Assembly: GCF_023055435.1 (NCBI RefSeq)
Contig: NW_025964001.1
Coordinates: 32,984,001 to 33,048,000, forward strand
Source of the DNA: Haliotis rufescens
Lineage: Eukaryota
Direction: 5' to 3'
DNA length: 64,000 bases
The position numbers were made by a program, and so were the translations under genes. Of the stretch, positions 1-12,456 are shown piece after piece. Position 1 is the stretch's first letter. Each line of letters begins with the position of its first letter. The notes under the pieces were generated by a model. It did no database searches, was not told where the DNA came from, and saw only the letters and a program-made list of their open reading frames with translations.

Positions 1-439
1 CTATCACGTAAAACCATTACCGATCGCTAACGAAATTGACGCACGAACGCTTTCACACATAGGTGTAGGGATCCATTGTTACAAGTCATAAACGTGTAAT
101 TTAATTAAAAGAGCAGGCAGGATGCGTAACGTTTAAAGTTTGACCATACGAACCTTACATATATATTGATTGATATTCCTAAAGTTATATACGGTCCAAA
201 TACTTGTAAAAGGAAATAACCGAAAGTGCCCATTCTTCTAAAAAAAATCAACTATTAAATACCCAAACGTCATCGTCATGCAATTTCTAAAAGATGAACA
301 ACTTGTTGACCTGACCAACTATGCGATCATCTGGTCCTGAACACATCGGTCGTTCTGATTATTGTAATACTAGTATAAACATAATAAGTATTGTGTATGA
401 TTATTTTCAAAAAGCTAAATTTAAGGAAACAAAACAGAA

Positions 440-532
440 GGGCCCCGTTCCTCAAAGCGATCGTATCACTAAGCTAGACGATCGTAACTTATGACAGTCG
501 TAAAGCTACGGCAGCTTTGTGGAAGGGCGCCC
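440..532. mobile_element. Short PIF/Harbinger-like MITE (GGGCCCCGTTCC..GGAA.GGGCGCCC termini)
   Basis: Imperfect terminal inverted repeats. The same family recurs at 22611-22708 and 41692-41785. Confidence 0.5.
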
Positions 533-1010
533 TGGAATGTTATGCAATGATCAGAGATGAATATCAAGTTAAGCCCTCACCGGAATAGTGCAGCAAATGA
601 TTAGCAAGACATGAACTCAACCCTGCTGCAGTGATTTTGTCCCACGACAGCTGGCTATCCTAGAGGGTAAGCACACGACCAAGGTTGGACTTCGTTAAAA
701 AGTTTGAAAAAAGACACATTCTAAGTATCCCCAACCTGTAATGGCTGCAGTTTAATAAAACTTATTCTTCGCAATTTGTTTTGTAAGGGAGACAACTACA
801 GTTGACTAAACTGCGCGATATGTGTCATAGCATATTGGGCATTAAAACACATCTGTGACGTCATTCTATTGTTTGAACGCTCCATTATGTTTCAGGAATG
901 GAGAGTTGCTTGTCAACTGTACATTATCTTAAAGCAGCATTTGAATTTTTCAAATATTTTCAAATACAGAATATTTTGTCAAAGTGTAAAAGTAGGGATG
1001 AGTTTTAAGT

Positions 1011-1120
1011 AGGGGAATATCCTCGTAACTCTCCATTCCTTAACAATAATGGGCATCGGCCCCTGCGGGGCCTCTGCTCCATTATTTTTAAGGAATGGAG
1101 AGTTACTCGGACATTCCCCT
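1011..1120. repeat. Fold-back inverted repeat (probable non-autonomous DNA transposon core)
   Basis: AGGGGAATATCCTCGTAACTCTCCATTCCTTAACAATAATGG pairs with CCATTATTTTTAAGGAATGGAGAGTTACTCGGACATTCCCCT around a GC-rich hairpin centre. Confidence 0.75.
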
Positions 1121-1375
1121 CTACATAAGAGACCATATCATAGATTCTATATTTACTTGCCCAACATTATTTGTAACTTACTGTAATACCACACCGTTTC
1201 TGAAAATGTCCCTGTCCATCCTACAACTAGCATCTGACTGAAGCTTTCACCAGAGTCCGAGGATACAGCAAGCTGACAAGATTTGCTCCGCAGCCCAGGT
1301 GAGAATAACAGGCCGACAGATTATTAGCGTATATATTAACATTTAATCGGTAGGATAATTTGAATGACGACATAA

Positions 1376-1505
1376 ACCCGGAAGTGTTGTCTTGTACAGA
1401 GCTGACTAAATCTACAAGGGTGCCTTGCGATTTCATATTGTATGTAAACAGATACCATACATTGAAATGTTTAGACGATATAAAGCCACAAATGAACAGG
1501 TAAGG
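1376..1505 (+). promoter_or_regulatory. Candidate promoter / non-coding first exon of the RING gene
   Basis: ETS-type CCGGAAGTG at ~1378-1387 in a locally CpG-richer zone, and a donor-like CAG|GTAAGG at ~1499-1505. The link to the 5471 acceptor is inferred only. Confidence 0.3.
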
Positions 1506-1711
1506 CTTCATAAATGGACATCCGCGTGCTTCGCTGTGTTCCGGCGTTAGTCCGATTAGACACCGGGACAAAAGTCTGTGTCTGAGTGACTACGGGACCC
1601 TGCGAAAGTAAGAGGCCTGTTTACTGTATGGGCACAAGATGCTCTATTTCTTTGGCTCACAGCCGAGTCTTCTTTGTGGTTACGGAAAGGGGCGAGGTTA
1701 GCCGATTGTGT

Positions 1712-1732
1712 CTGGGCCCCGTCTCTAGTATC

Positions 1733-1791
<59 letters not shown>

Positions 1792-1932
1792 TTTAAACTT
1801 GTTCTACCGTTGGTACGCGACGCACGCTAAGCGCAATTCGGTCTAGGAGGCATTTATAAGCTGGTTCCCGGCTCCTTATGCGCGTCGTCAACTTGCGCCA
1901 AGTTGTATTGTGATATTAGAGACGGGGCCCAG
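1712..1932. mobile_element. MITE with ~27-bp TIRs containing a (TA)n microsatellite
   Basis: CTGGGCCCCGTCTCTAGTATCACAATA ... TATTGTGATATTAGAGACGGGGCCCAG, with a (TA)n run at ~1737-1788. Confidence 0.75.
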
Positions 1933-2477
1933 CTCAAGGCATTTAGTGCTGACGACACATTGCAACACTTCATGTGAAACGTTCGAGATGAACAAGACTC
2001 CAAAAAGAGGTAATTTCACAATCGCATGATGCAAATCAGTAATAGGAAAGAATACGAAAGAGTAACTTACTTCAAACAGAGCAATATAACCTTGAAACGC
2101 TTATTTGGTTTATAATCTTTTCGGAAAATGGCTGTGTAGTGGGGAGTAAACAGACGACTTTTTGCACGAAATGGATAGGCCCTTTATGTCACACACCACA
2201 ATGAAAGCCTAGCTGACCCAGAAAAAGACTGTGTATACATAAGGTAGGACAAGGTTTCTATCTCATTCGTCACCACTCGCATCATCCCGGAATCACACAA
2301 ATGGTTCCTGTCTTGTCAGACGTGCTCAAGCAAGTTATTTATGCAAGCTCCTTGCAGCGATAACCACTTCACCGAGTTCTTCTAAACGGGATAGTCAACC
2401 TCCTCACAGCGACAACGACAGTGCACGTGCTGGGATGCAACTTGGAGCTTTTATCACATTGATTCAGTAACGGTCGT

Positions 2478-2621
2478 TAACTTTAGTAGCCTATCGAATG
2501 GTAATTTGGAATAATCATTTCTGTTCTGCCAGCAACTAAAATACTCACTTAACAGAAATGATTATTCCAAATTACCATTCACCACAGATATTCGATTGGC
2601 TACTAAAGTTCTGAGTATTTT
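2478..2621. repeat. Local inverted repeat
   Basis: AACTTTAGTAGCCTATCGAAT and GAATGGTAATTTGGAATAATCATTTCTGTT are mirrored by AACAGAAATGATTATTCCAAATTACCATTC and ATTCGATTGGCTACTAAAGTT. Confidence 0.7.
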
Positions 2622-2853
2622 CTCTCATGGTTATAACATATACTGATGGCTAAAAAACCCTACCTAGAAAATATACCAGTCTGTGATAAAAAGAGCCTCT
2701 CCTGGGTGGTTGTGCAAGCAGGAATTTGAAACACTGTAAGTGTTAAAGTCTTTGCAAGTTCCCTCCAGGAGTAATGAGATGCAGTAGAAATTTGGATGGA
2801 TTAATCGAGTTGATTATTATCCCCTACATGCCTATTGTGATGTTCGTTACACC

Positions 2854-3133
2854 TGGGGGCACGGGTGGCCCAGTCGTCTAAGGCGCCGCGAATGGCTGTG
2901 CAGAGTTGCGTCCCTTGGACATGCCAGAAACCTATGATTGTGGGTTCGAATCCCGGTTCGCCACGATTATGTTTCTAGGTTTGTCAGCATCATACCCGTG
3001 CTCGTAGGTTTCACCGAAGTGGTAAACATCTGAGACCTGCATCACTTCGGGCTTTCCTCCCACATCAAGCTAACACCACGATATAACTGGAGTACTGTTA
3101 AAAGCGGCGTTAAACCCAACTCACTCACTCACT
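2854..3133 (+). mobile_element. tRNA-derived SINE, family 2 (tRNA-Leu-like head, (ACTC)n tail)
   Basis: A-box GGTGGCCCAGTCGTCTAAGG, B-box GGTTCGAATCCC, 3' GATATAACTGG..AAAAGCGGCGTTAAACCC-(ACTC)n. TSD-like TCGTTACACCT/TCGTTGCACCT. Confidence 0.85.
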
Positions 3134-4261
3134 CGTTGCACCTTGTCATGTGTTCAGTAGTTAAATATCTGGGGTTATAGTGCCATCATGTTAATTTTAC
3201 TTCATATGGTATTTTCATTTACAAGTTTTTGACTTTTTGTATTTTATATTCTTTGCTAAAAACTGCAATAGACATTTGAAGTTAATAGCACATTATCGTT
3301 GTTGGAATGTAGCGATCAAAAAGTTGTACTTTTAAGTTTTCACACATGATTCTTTGTGTTTATCTGCAGGTACCAAGAGTTGTTTCCCTTTGATCTACTA
3401 CCGTTGAGGATTGGGTGGAGGTATATGTTGGATAACTGGTGAGCTGTTTCACCTAGCCAATCAGTATCTATGTGTCTCTAGATATTGTACAGTCTGTTTG
3501 TGTCAGAACACCTGGCATGGCTATTTGAAGATCTGTATGTCAAAACACGAGTGTTTCAATGATGATTTAAGGGATTTTATGTGTGCTTTGTTAAGACGAC
3601 ACACATGATATATAAATATGCTTGTAAATTTTTTATATCTGAATTCAGTCAAACTGTAGAATAACTCAAAATTTCAATTTACAAATTGCTTGATTCACAG
3701 AGTCAAAATAACAAATTGCCCAGAAAACTGGCATTTATTTTTGTCATCATAGTCTACAAGTCTACCAATAAGTAAACACAGCCTAAAATTTTGTTATTAA
3801 ATAAATTGACAAAACTTAAAGGTTAATACAAAATATGGTAAAATACACAATTACCGGTATATATTTTAAGTTATAGATATGAAGTATGATTTATCCTAAT
3901 TTGTTCTTATGCGTACAGCAAGTAGAATTAGGCTGTCTGTCAAATGAATCAGTGGAATTGTCAGACAAACATTAGAGCTCTGTTTGGGAGTATGGCTTGT
4001 GGTTGTGGGGACAGCATGTCGGGTATGGAGTTGGAACTGGTGGTTGTCCAGGGTTCAGAATTAGAGGTGGATGTATGGGTGTGGGATTTGGGCCTTTGAG
4101 GTTGTGGGTCTGATGGTGGGAGTTTTGGTTTGGGTATTGAGTTGTGGGCCGGGGCTGATTCAAAGTGTTATAGATATGGGAAAGGTCCTGGCATAGGGAT
4201 AGGGGGATGGGTCAAACATATATTATTTATTTGTTCACTCCTCAGAGTTATATTCTCTTAG

Positions 4262-4646
4262 TAGGGCTGGGACGATTACAAATTTACTACCCAAGTACCC
4301 AACCCCCTGTTACCCGACCCTACCTGGGTACCCACTGTAGGTCTCAAGAGATGTCTCAAAATGTCCGATTGGGAATTTATTTTACCATAGCCCTGTCAAA
4401 ACATATTTAGATACAAGTATTAAACAATCTGGTAATGCATATGCTAAAGTTGATTGAAGTTACATCTTTATTCAACCATATGAAAAGTCAGAGGGAATGG
4501 GTGCATTGTCAGAAAGAAATGCGAACATTAGTGACGATAGAGTTCTAGATAATTTTTGTCATTAAACAATATATCAAGTGACTAACCACGGGTCTGGGTA
4601 GTCCTGTGGGTACCTGGGTCCTCAGTACCCACCTGTCCCAGCCCTA
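4262..4646. mobile_element. hAT-type MITE
   Basis: TIRs TAGGGCTGGGAC / GTCCCAGCCCTA, 8-bp TSD TCTCTTAG/TCTTTTAG, subterminal TACCC repeats. Confidence 0.75.
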
Positions 4647-5146
4647 TCTTTTAGGTTTGTGTGTCCTCTTTGTTCACCATTGTTCACTCATTTTAGTCAT
4701 GTATTTGTACTTTATCATGTCACAAACCAAAAACAAGGCCAGTTGTCAGTCATATGATGTGAATATTTCTGCATTTGCTGTAGCTTGAAGTTTTGAGATA
4801 TCCACTGGTCCAAAATGGTCCTTATCATACCTCATCCTTTACCTGTGCCTAGGTTTTAACACAAGAACACATTTCTACTGAAGGTACAATTACCAAATTA
4901 AGTGTAAAACACCTACGCCACGACACAGGTTCTCTGATGGTCCTGGACACTGCAACTCGTCATGCAGATTTTGCATCCTTCATATGTCATGATTTGCATA
5001 TTGTGGATTTGAACATTTGGATCATTCCAATGTTAGATAATGATCTTTGGTTTGAAAGCACCAATCTGTGTCACTTTAAACTTATCCCAACAACAAGTTG
5101 ACATGACCTGGTGTAAGTGAAACACTATTAAGTGTATCCTTTTACC

Positions 5147-5425
5147 ACGGGTGGCCCAGTCGTCTAAGGCGCTGTGATTCCCGGTGCAGAGTTGCGTCCC
5201 TTCGGCACGCCAGAAACCTATGATTTTGTGTTCGAATCCCGGTTCGCCCCGATTATGTTTCTAGGTTTGTCAGCACCATACCCGTGCTCGTGAGTTTCAC
5301 CAAAGTGGTAAACGTCTTGAGACCTGCATCATTTTGGGATTTTTTCCTCCCACATTAAGCTGACACGCTGTGATATAACTGGAATACTGTTAAAAGCGGC
5401 GTTCAACCCAAATCACTCGCTCACT
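5147..5425 (+). mobile_element. SINE family 2 copy, in the intron just upstream of the RING CDS
   Basis: Highly similar to 2854-3133; TSD CTTTTACC. Confidence 0.85.
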
Positions 5426-5479
5426 TCTTTTACCGACATGTTATGATGTGTTAACAATGACCTGTTTTCAGAATCTACA

Positions 5480-6931
5480 ATGGCTACAGCATCCACTTTT
5501 GAAGATGAATTCCTCACTTGCACTATCTGTTATGATGTGTACACCATACCAAAGTCCCTGCCATGTCTTCACACATTCTGCCTCAAGTGTTTATCATCAT
5601 ACATCGTAGCAGAAGAAGAACAGTTTGGAGTAAAACGTAAAGAAGCTTTTCCCTGTCCTCTCTGCAGAGAGCTGATCAAAGCCCCTTGTTCATCCAAGCC
5701 TCTTGAACTGTGGGCCTCTGACTTCAAGACAAACTTCTACATAGAAAGTTTGATGAGTGCTTTAAAGGTCAACGAATCAGCAAGTCTGCAGGTGACACAA
5801 GTTGAGGATGTCTGGAGCCGTGCTAGATCCCTGCAATCTCCTGTCAACCCTTCACCCATGGATCTGCTGTCGCAAGCTTCTACCTCAAATAGGTCAAGAA
5901 GCATCAATAACATACCCTCAATAACTAGTGACCATCAGAGGGGTTTTGAGACTGCTACAACACATTCATCTTCCATGCCTAGTTTGAACCATCAAACCCG
6001 TGAGACTGTTCACATTTCTAGTCCAGCTTGCATACCACATAAGAAGAGGTTTCGACTTTTCAAATGTCTTTCAGGAGAAATGCAAGGTGACAATACAAAA
6101 GTTCAGTTTTGCGGAATATGTGTTGTTGGCGGTGTCATTGTCGTTTTGGACTTTGGAAATCAAAGCCTTAAAACCATTTCCAACTGGAAGGACCATGATG
6201 TCAAAATACAATCTCTTCAACTTGCAGGTAAGCCGAAATCTGTCACCAGCGTGACAGACAGCTATGTTGCAGTGACAGTTCCATGTCGGAAATCTATTTA
6301 CATTATTTCAATTGAGTCGGAGTTGGAAGTAGTCTCGGACTTACGTACTGAACGATGCTACAAAAGCATCCATGATTCAGGATCAGGAAACTTTATAGCT
6401 GTCACATCTCCGATCCATAGGCACCAAACTCACAGCAATGACGTGCTAGGACCCATAGACATTATCGATTATGAAGGGAGGCGGCTCACTTCCATACGCC
6501 TCTGTGACGAGCTGACTCATCTTGACTTCACCCACATAAGTGTCTCTTCTTCTGGTTTGATCCATCTTGTTGAATCTACAAACAAAACATTGCACTGTTT
6601 GACTCAATGTGGCCATGAATTGTATCGGTATCTTCCTAAATGCTTTGAGGAAAAATTTCTTTCTCCAAATGGATTATGTTGTCATAATGATGATATATAT
6701 GTTACAGATTTTGAAACAAACAGTGTGTTTGAGATAAAGTGTGACTGTGGACTTCCTGATGTTCAGGAGAAGATTTTGTCCATCTCTGACGGTATGAAGC
6801 AGCCTATGGATGTCCATGTAGAAGCTGATGGCACTGTGTTTGTTGCATGCTGGGATGGATTTGTTCGTGTATATTCTACATTTGGAGCACGACCTTCAAT
6901 ATTGAAGAAATTTAAGGAAACTGAAATTTGA
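5480..6931 (+). CDS. TRIM-like E3 ubiquitin ligase: RING-HC plus C-terminal NHL-like beta-propeller, 483 aa, single coding exon
   Basis: C3HC4 RING (CTICYDVYTIPKSLPCLHTFCLKC...CPLC) followed by the TRIM-typical DFKTNFYI, a Ser-rich linker and NHL-like blades (PKSVT, SPNGLCCHNDDIYVTD, QPMDVHVEADGTVFVACWDG). Acceptor TTTTCAG at 5471 and strong ACAATGG context. Confidence 0.9.
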   Translation: MATASTFEDEFLTCTICYDVYTIPKSLPCLHTFCLKCLSSYIVAEEEQFGVKRKEAFPCPLCRELIKAPCSSKPLELWASDFKTNFYIESLMSALKVNESASLQVTQVEDVWSRARSLQSPVNPSPMDLLSQASTSNRSRSINNIPSITSDHQRGFETATTHSSSMPSLNHQTRETVHISSPACIPHKKRFRLFKCLSGEMQGDNTKVQFCGICVVGGVIVVLDFGNQSLKTISNWKDHDVKIQSLQLAGKPKSVTSVTDSYVAVTVPCRKSIYIISIESELEVVSDLRTERCYKSIHDSGSGNFIAVTSPIHRHQTHSNDVLGPIDIIDYEGRRLTSIRLCDELTHLDFTHISVSSSGLIHLVESTNKTLHCLTQCGHELYRYLPKCFEEKFLSPNGLCCHNDDIYVTDFETNSVFEIKCDCGLPDVQEKILSISDGMKQPMDVHVEADGTVFVACWDGFVRVYSTFGARPSILKKFKETEI

Positions 6932-7337
6932 AAATGTGGGATTTATTTCTATAGTACGGTTTTTGCCATACTTAAGAAAAGACTCAATTTCCTGTCTGTT
7001 TACACATGACCCTCTCAATCCCACAGTGATTTGTAGCCCAGTGAGATGATGATAACAAGGATATATTGTAAGTAATGTCATGTGCAGGCCATTTTCATGT
7101 TCAGGCGATCAATAATATTGATAACAACATGGCATTAGTAACAATGGCCACCTTCTTGACCTCCTTTTCCCTGACCGCCAGGATACATGAGATTTACAAG
7201 AAAAGCAAAACTGTTCTGACCAAACAAATGTTTTCTCCAGGAATATATGATAAATACATATTGATTAGTTAAATATTAATCTTGGTCAAGTATCTTGTAA
7301 CATGTCAACAAATTTTGCCATACTGACTATAAACTGA

Positions 7338-7830
7338 CTTATTATCCCCCTGCCCAACAAAGTTGGCGAGGATATAGAAACAGGCTCCGTCTGTCCGTCC
7401 GTCCGTCCGTCCGTCATGTTTCGTTTCCAGAGCATAACTCAGCATAACTGGTGTCTTTTGCTATTTAGAGAAATTTAAGAAATTTTTATTTTTTACGTTT
7501 CCATGGCAACAAGATGGACTAGGTTCTGTGAGGGTAGGGTTTGTTTCGGAGCATAACTCATAAACCGTTCAATATTTTTTCATCAAATCTGCAGGTTTGT
7601 CAGGTACATGTTGAACTGGTGCCTTTTGCTATTTAGAAATTTTAGAAATTTTTATTTCTTATGTTTCCATGGCAACAAGATGGACTTAGATTCCAAACTC
7701 TTCTTTTTTTTTACAATTTCCATGACAAGTTCCGGTTCGGTTAAAAAAGGTTAGGGTTTGTTTAGATTTAATTATGTCATAAATTCTGCAACAGGGGCGG
7801 GGGATATAGCCACGTTAGTGGCAAACTCGT
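7338..7830 (+). mobile_element. HINE / Helentron-associated non-autonomous element (DINE-1/pearl-like)
   Basis: TT-flanked subterminal IR TTATCCCCC / GGGGGATA, (GTCC)n microsatellite, repeated internal cores, 3' stem-loop GCCAC..GTGGC. Confidence 0.65.
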
Positions 7831-7902
7831 GTCTTACCTTGGACGTATCATTAACATGGTATTCATCCTCAGTATCATTACTGCCAAAGTCTTTCACCAA
7901 CT

Positions 7903-8070
7903 GGGGGTGGTCGGGTAGCCTAGTGGTTAAAGCGTTTGCTCGCCATGCCGAAGACCCGGGTTCTATTCCCGTCATGGGTACAATGTGTGAAGCCCATTTG
8001 TGGTGTTCCCTGCCGTGATATTGCTGGAATATTGCTAAAAGCGGCTTAAAACCTCACTCACTCACTCACT
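7903..8070 (+). mobile_element. tRNA-derived SINE, family 1
   Basis: A-box TAGCCTAGTGG, degenerate B-box, (ACTC)n tail, TSD TTCACCAACT. Confidence 0.85.
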
Positions 8071-9309
8071 TTCACCAACTTCATATTTCAACCGTAAGAT
8101 TATGTGAACACCATAATTTAGTTAATGCTGTTCAATATTCTGCAATATCTATCATATGCTTTTCAAATAAAAAAGAGCTTTTGATACGCAAGTACAACCT
8201 CCTGTCACTTAATGAGTTCAAGTTATGTCTCCATTTATGTTTCAGCATATCCTTAAGTCTTAGGTTAAAAGACCCAATAAAACCTATGTTATTGGAAATA
8301 AGTTGGGTATTCCAGATGTCCCTAAAACATTATATACCCCGGGGTATAGGTGAGGGATAACAAAGCTGGAATATTGCTAGACCAAATATATTGGAAGTTG
8401 AAAGCGATTATATTGAACAACTTTATGTCTCGGTTACTCCATAAACATTATATTTTCGGGTCGTGCATGTCTAGTTGTTCCATCATCTGTGATTTTATTA
8501 TTTTGTTTTGTTTTGTTTTGTTGTGATTTGTGGTGATATTATTTTTATTATGATGTTGACTTTAATTGTTTTTATGTGTAGTATGAGCTGCACGTGACAG
8601 TATGAATAAATGATGTATTGTTGTCATGTAAGTCAAATAATATATGCGATCGTCAGAACTTGGTTCACTCTCCCACTCTCCTAAGTTGACCTTGTTTTGT
8701 GTTGATGCCACAGTGTTTTGGCTTTGTGATTATTCCTTGCATCAAGGTTTCCTTGTTTTATTTTGTTTGCCTCTTTAACTGACCTGTAATGTAGTTAAGG
8801 ATGTTTTGTATTAAACAATGTCTATACCTTTCAAATGATGTTCAAAGCACAGGGTGTTATTGATATGCAAATTTTCCTGTTTTGTTTTTTTTGCCATAAA
8901 AGGCAACATACAGGGCTCAATATACGCGTTGTGCTTGTATTTAGTTAAGAAGGTCCTTTGACCTGCTGTTATTTTGTATTAAATCCTATTCAATAGTATT
9001 GAAAATGTCTCGCCTGGTGTCTTTATGTTGCATCAATCTTCAATCTGTGATTGCTTTCAGGGATTGCTTGAAACTTTGTATGCAAGCTTGCAAAGTGTTG
9101 AAAGTACCTTAAGCTACTCAGTGTTTTTAAATACTATTTTAATTGAGTTGTTTTATATTTATAGTGAAAGTTTATTTACATATTAGGCAAGTGCTGAATG
9201 AGAGTAGGGCTAATGTCTAGAGCTCAACTCATAAGCTGTTCAATAATAATTTTAAAACATTCAAAAACGTCAGACAAGTGATGAACTGGTGCCTTATCAT
9301 GACGTATAA

Positions 9310-9560
9310 ATTTTTTGTCTCACCTGAGCCATGTGAGCTTATGTCATGGTCTGCTTGTCCGTCGTCTGTGTTAGTCATCATCATCATCTGTTAGCATCTT
9401 CACTCCGGAATCCACTGGACCAATTATGCTGACACCTCAACATGCTTATTCCTACCAGTACCACTGTTGGACATCTGTATTTACTCTAGGGATTTGCATG
9501 TGATTGTCAACATGATCGCCATGGCCAATTTAACTTTTGTATATTGTAATAATGTTTTTC
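9310..9560 (+). mobile_element. Degenerate HINE-like element
   Basis: TTTTTGTCTCACCTGAGC..GTGAGCTTATGTCATG followed by a GTCCGTCGTC simple repeat. Confidence 0.4.
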
Positions 9561-11579
9561 AATAGTACATCCATTCTTGCAGAGTGGTCATTGTGTAAAT
9601 TTAGAAATTTGTTTCACGCAGACATTAGCAACTTTTGTTAGGTGGCTGTTGACATTTAAAACTGCTGACCAGATTAGCTACAGTTCTGTTGCACATTTAT
9701 ACTTTTTTTTTGCGTTTCCAAAGCAAACTTCTATATTTTTGCATGAATCTCTGTATATACCTTCATGTGCCAACTGCTGAACTGGTATCTTTTGATAGTC
9801 AAGAAATATATATATTCAGTTTTTGCACTTCCCTGGCAGAAATGTCAACTTAAGGTAGGGTTTGAGGCCAGTGAGAAACTCGGTATTTCTCTAAGACATG
9901 TAAAGATTAATAATTTTATACCTTCACATTGTGAGAACTGGGCTTAAGTTTGAACATAATAAGGTTTTGTTTCAAGGGTATAGCTTCCAAATTTTCCGTA
10001 TTCCCTTCTGTATATAGAAAGATATAATGTCATTTGTATATACATGAAATTAGTAAGGTGCCTATTATTGTTTGGGTAATTTCAACTAATTCACTTCACC
10101 TTTGCTTACCAGAGATTAGGCACCCTCTCATAAGAAGATCAATATCATAATACTTTATTGCATTCTAGGCCTTAACATGTTCAACTGTATATGGGACAAT
10201 TTCAGGTCAACAGTTTCTTCTCAATACTCAATAGTAGACAATGCAAAGTGTACATGAATTATATGATGATAACAGTCGGACAAGGCAGTTCCTATTTTAA
10301 GTGTGCAAGTAATTTGTCCACAATGTATTTTTCCTCAAGTTATGAGATTCACACAGGTATTTTATCCTACCTGGCTTTCAGTGTAATGAAGGGACTGTTT
10401 TTGTTCTTTCTGTAACACCATAATTAGCTGTCAGTCACTTACATATGTCTGATTGATATTAATATCATCACAGAGTAATAAAAAATCTGTTAAATGATTT
10501 TTGTTATTATGATTTCTAATGTTGCTAAATATCGCATAAATAGGATTATGTTTTTATGCTGCACATTGTTTTAACCATTTTTGCCTTTTGTGTGAACCAA
10601 GCAAGGCTGCCCTTGTCGATTAGCTTGACACCTAAAAGTATCAAATTTTGCTCTCTGCCCTGGTGTGTTCTCTGAAAGGTTATTTCTATTTTTATCATTA
10701 TTTTCACCAAGTTTTACTTTGGCAATTTGAAGTTGTTCATCTTCTGAACAATTATGCACAGCTTAGGATCTCATCCCCTGCAGTGTCAGATCTTTCCATA
10801 TTTTCTTTGACAACAGTCCAATTGTTACAGCTACTTTAAGGTTTATTTTCACACTAATGTATAATTTCAATTTCAATTTTTTATCCCAAAATATGCAGCT
10901 TGCAATTAGTGTATCCATAAGCACAAGTTCAGGCTGCATTGTCCTCATGGGATGATACAAGTAATACCTGGTCTTCATATTTCCACAGAGGTATGTTGGC
11001 CATGTGTTGTAGAGACACCCAAATTTGCAGTGTAAAGTGGCCCCCCTTAGTAATGCCGGATCGCTGATTGTTTTGGAATCCAAAGTTCATAATAATTTTG
11101 TTCCGTGGTCTGCATTGTATATGTCTTGTGGGTTTCACTTCATTGGTAAATGGTTACATCCACATTAAGCTGTGAGGCTGTGATAGAACTGAAATATTGT
11201 TCAAAGCACCATTAGACACATCTCAGTCAAGTATTGGTCGCAATGTTATCTTTGCATCAATGAACACGACACTCATTAGCTGATCATAACAATATCACGA
11301 CTGTGTCACCTTGGAAAAGAAGCCTACCAGTAGCTAGCTTGTGGTGAAACATGAACAATGCTCAAGAGTGATTGAATGCAAGACAGAGTTTATCACTTGG
11401 GTAAAACCCATAAGTACTGGTATGGTGCAGACAAACCAATAGATATAATCAGGGCAAATCTGAGATTCACACCCACAAGCATAGAATTCTTCCGTGCTTT
11501 AGAGATGCAACTCTGACCAGCGAAGTAGGGTGCCTTACAAAGCTGGGTCACCGATGCCCCACCATGTACAAGAACTAGG

Positions 11580-11670
11580 ACGACAGCATCCGTGGTCTGG
11601 TGGTAGAGTGGAAGGTCGGGAGATTTATCCCAGGCCTCGTCATACCAAAAGACGTTAAAAGATGGTACTC
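11580..11670 (+). mobile_element. 5' fragment of SINE family 4
   Basis: Matches the head of the 53746-54097 element (GTCATACCAAAAGACGTTAAAAGATGGTAC). Confidence 0.65.
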
Positions 11671-11831
11671 AAAATTCCTCTCCGCTCTGAAACATGCCAC
11701 AGCATGTATCTCAGTTTGATCAATATCTCTGACACAGTGTGGCATGCTTGCCCTGAGGATTTAGGTCACTGATATTGTATGAAAACGGTACAAAAATGCT
11801 ATTTATATTGGTTGCTTTAGCAGTACATCCA

Positions 11832-11833
<2 letters not shown>

Positions 11834-11872
<39 letters not shown>

Positions 11873-11905
11873 CGTGTGTGCGTGTGTGCGTGCGTGCGTG
11901 CGTGT
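11834..11905. repeat. (GT)n/(GTGC)n microsatellite
   Basis: Direct reading. Confidence 0.95.
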
Positions 11906-12286
11906 GGGGGTGCATCGAAACATTTTAAACTTTGCACTTCTCATTCTGTGGAGTGTGACATTCTATTTATTGATGTAGAGCTAATCATTTTTATTTAATG
12001 CATGTGTGGTTCACTTCACACTATAATCAACGGAACACATTTGAAGATCTGACCGGATCATGAAATTAATAAAAGTCAGTAGGACAACGACATCGAATTA
12101 CTACAAAGAACCGCGACATCGAATATTTAGAATCACTGAAGCAAGTATAAGTAAGACCTTTTGACTGCAGACTCTTGGAATATTAGACACGTTTGAGTGT
12201 AGAAAGTTATTATTTGTGAGTGAAGAGCTTATAAGATGTTATTGTTTTAGATATCTTTTTGTAGTAAACCTGTACCAAATCAATTT

Positions 12287-12456
12287 GGGGAGCGGTCGGG
12301 TAGCCTCGTGGTTAAAGCATTCGCTCGTCACGCCGAAGACCCGGGTTCGAATCCCGACATGGGTACAATGTGTGAAGCCCATTTCTGGTGTCCCCCGCCG
12401 TGATATTGCTGGAATATTGCTAAAAGCGGCGTAAAACCATACTCACTCACTCACTC
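12287..12456 (+). mobile_element. SINE family 1, full length
   Basis: A/B boxes (GGTTCGAATCCC), (ACTC)n tail, TSD CAAATCAAT. Confidence 0.9.

Noticed and set aside
1556-1846. ORFs with IY, HT/CV or KQTN repeats (also 11720-11978, 12906-13160)
   Set aside because: Translations of microsatellites.
3972-4210. G/T-skewed stretch giving a Pro-rich ORF
   Set aside because: Low-complexity composition with no splice or homology support.
12287-12365. tRNA genes at SINE heads (also 2854, 7903, 28131, 52200, 54030)
   Set aside because: Each is followed by a SINE body, a simple-repeat tail and TSDs, with no clean cloverleaf.
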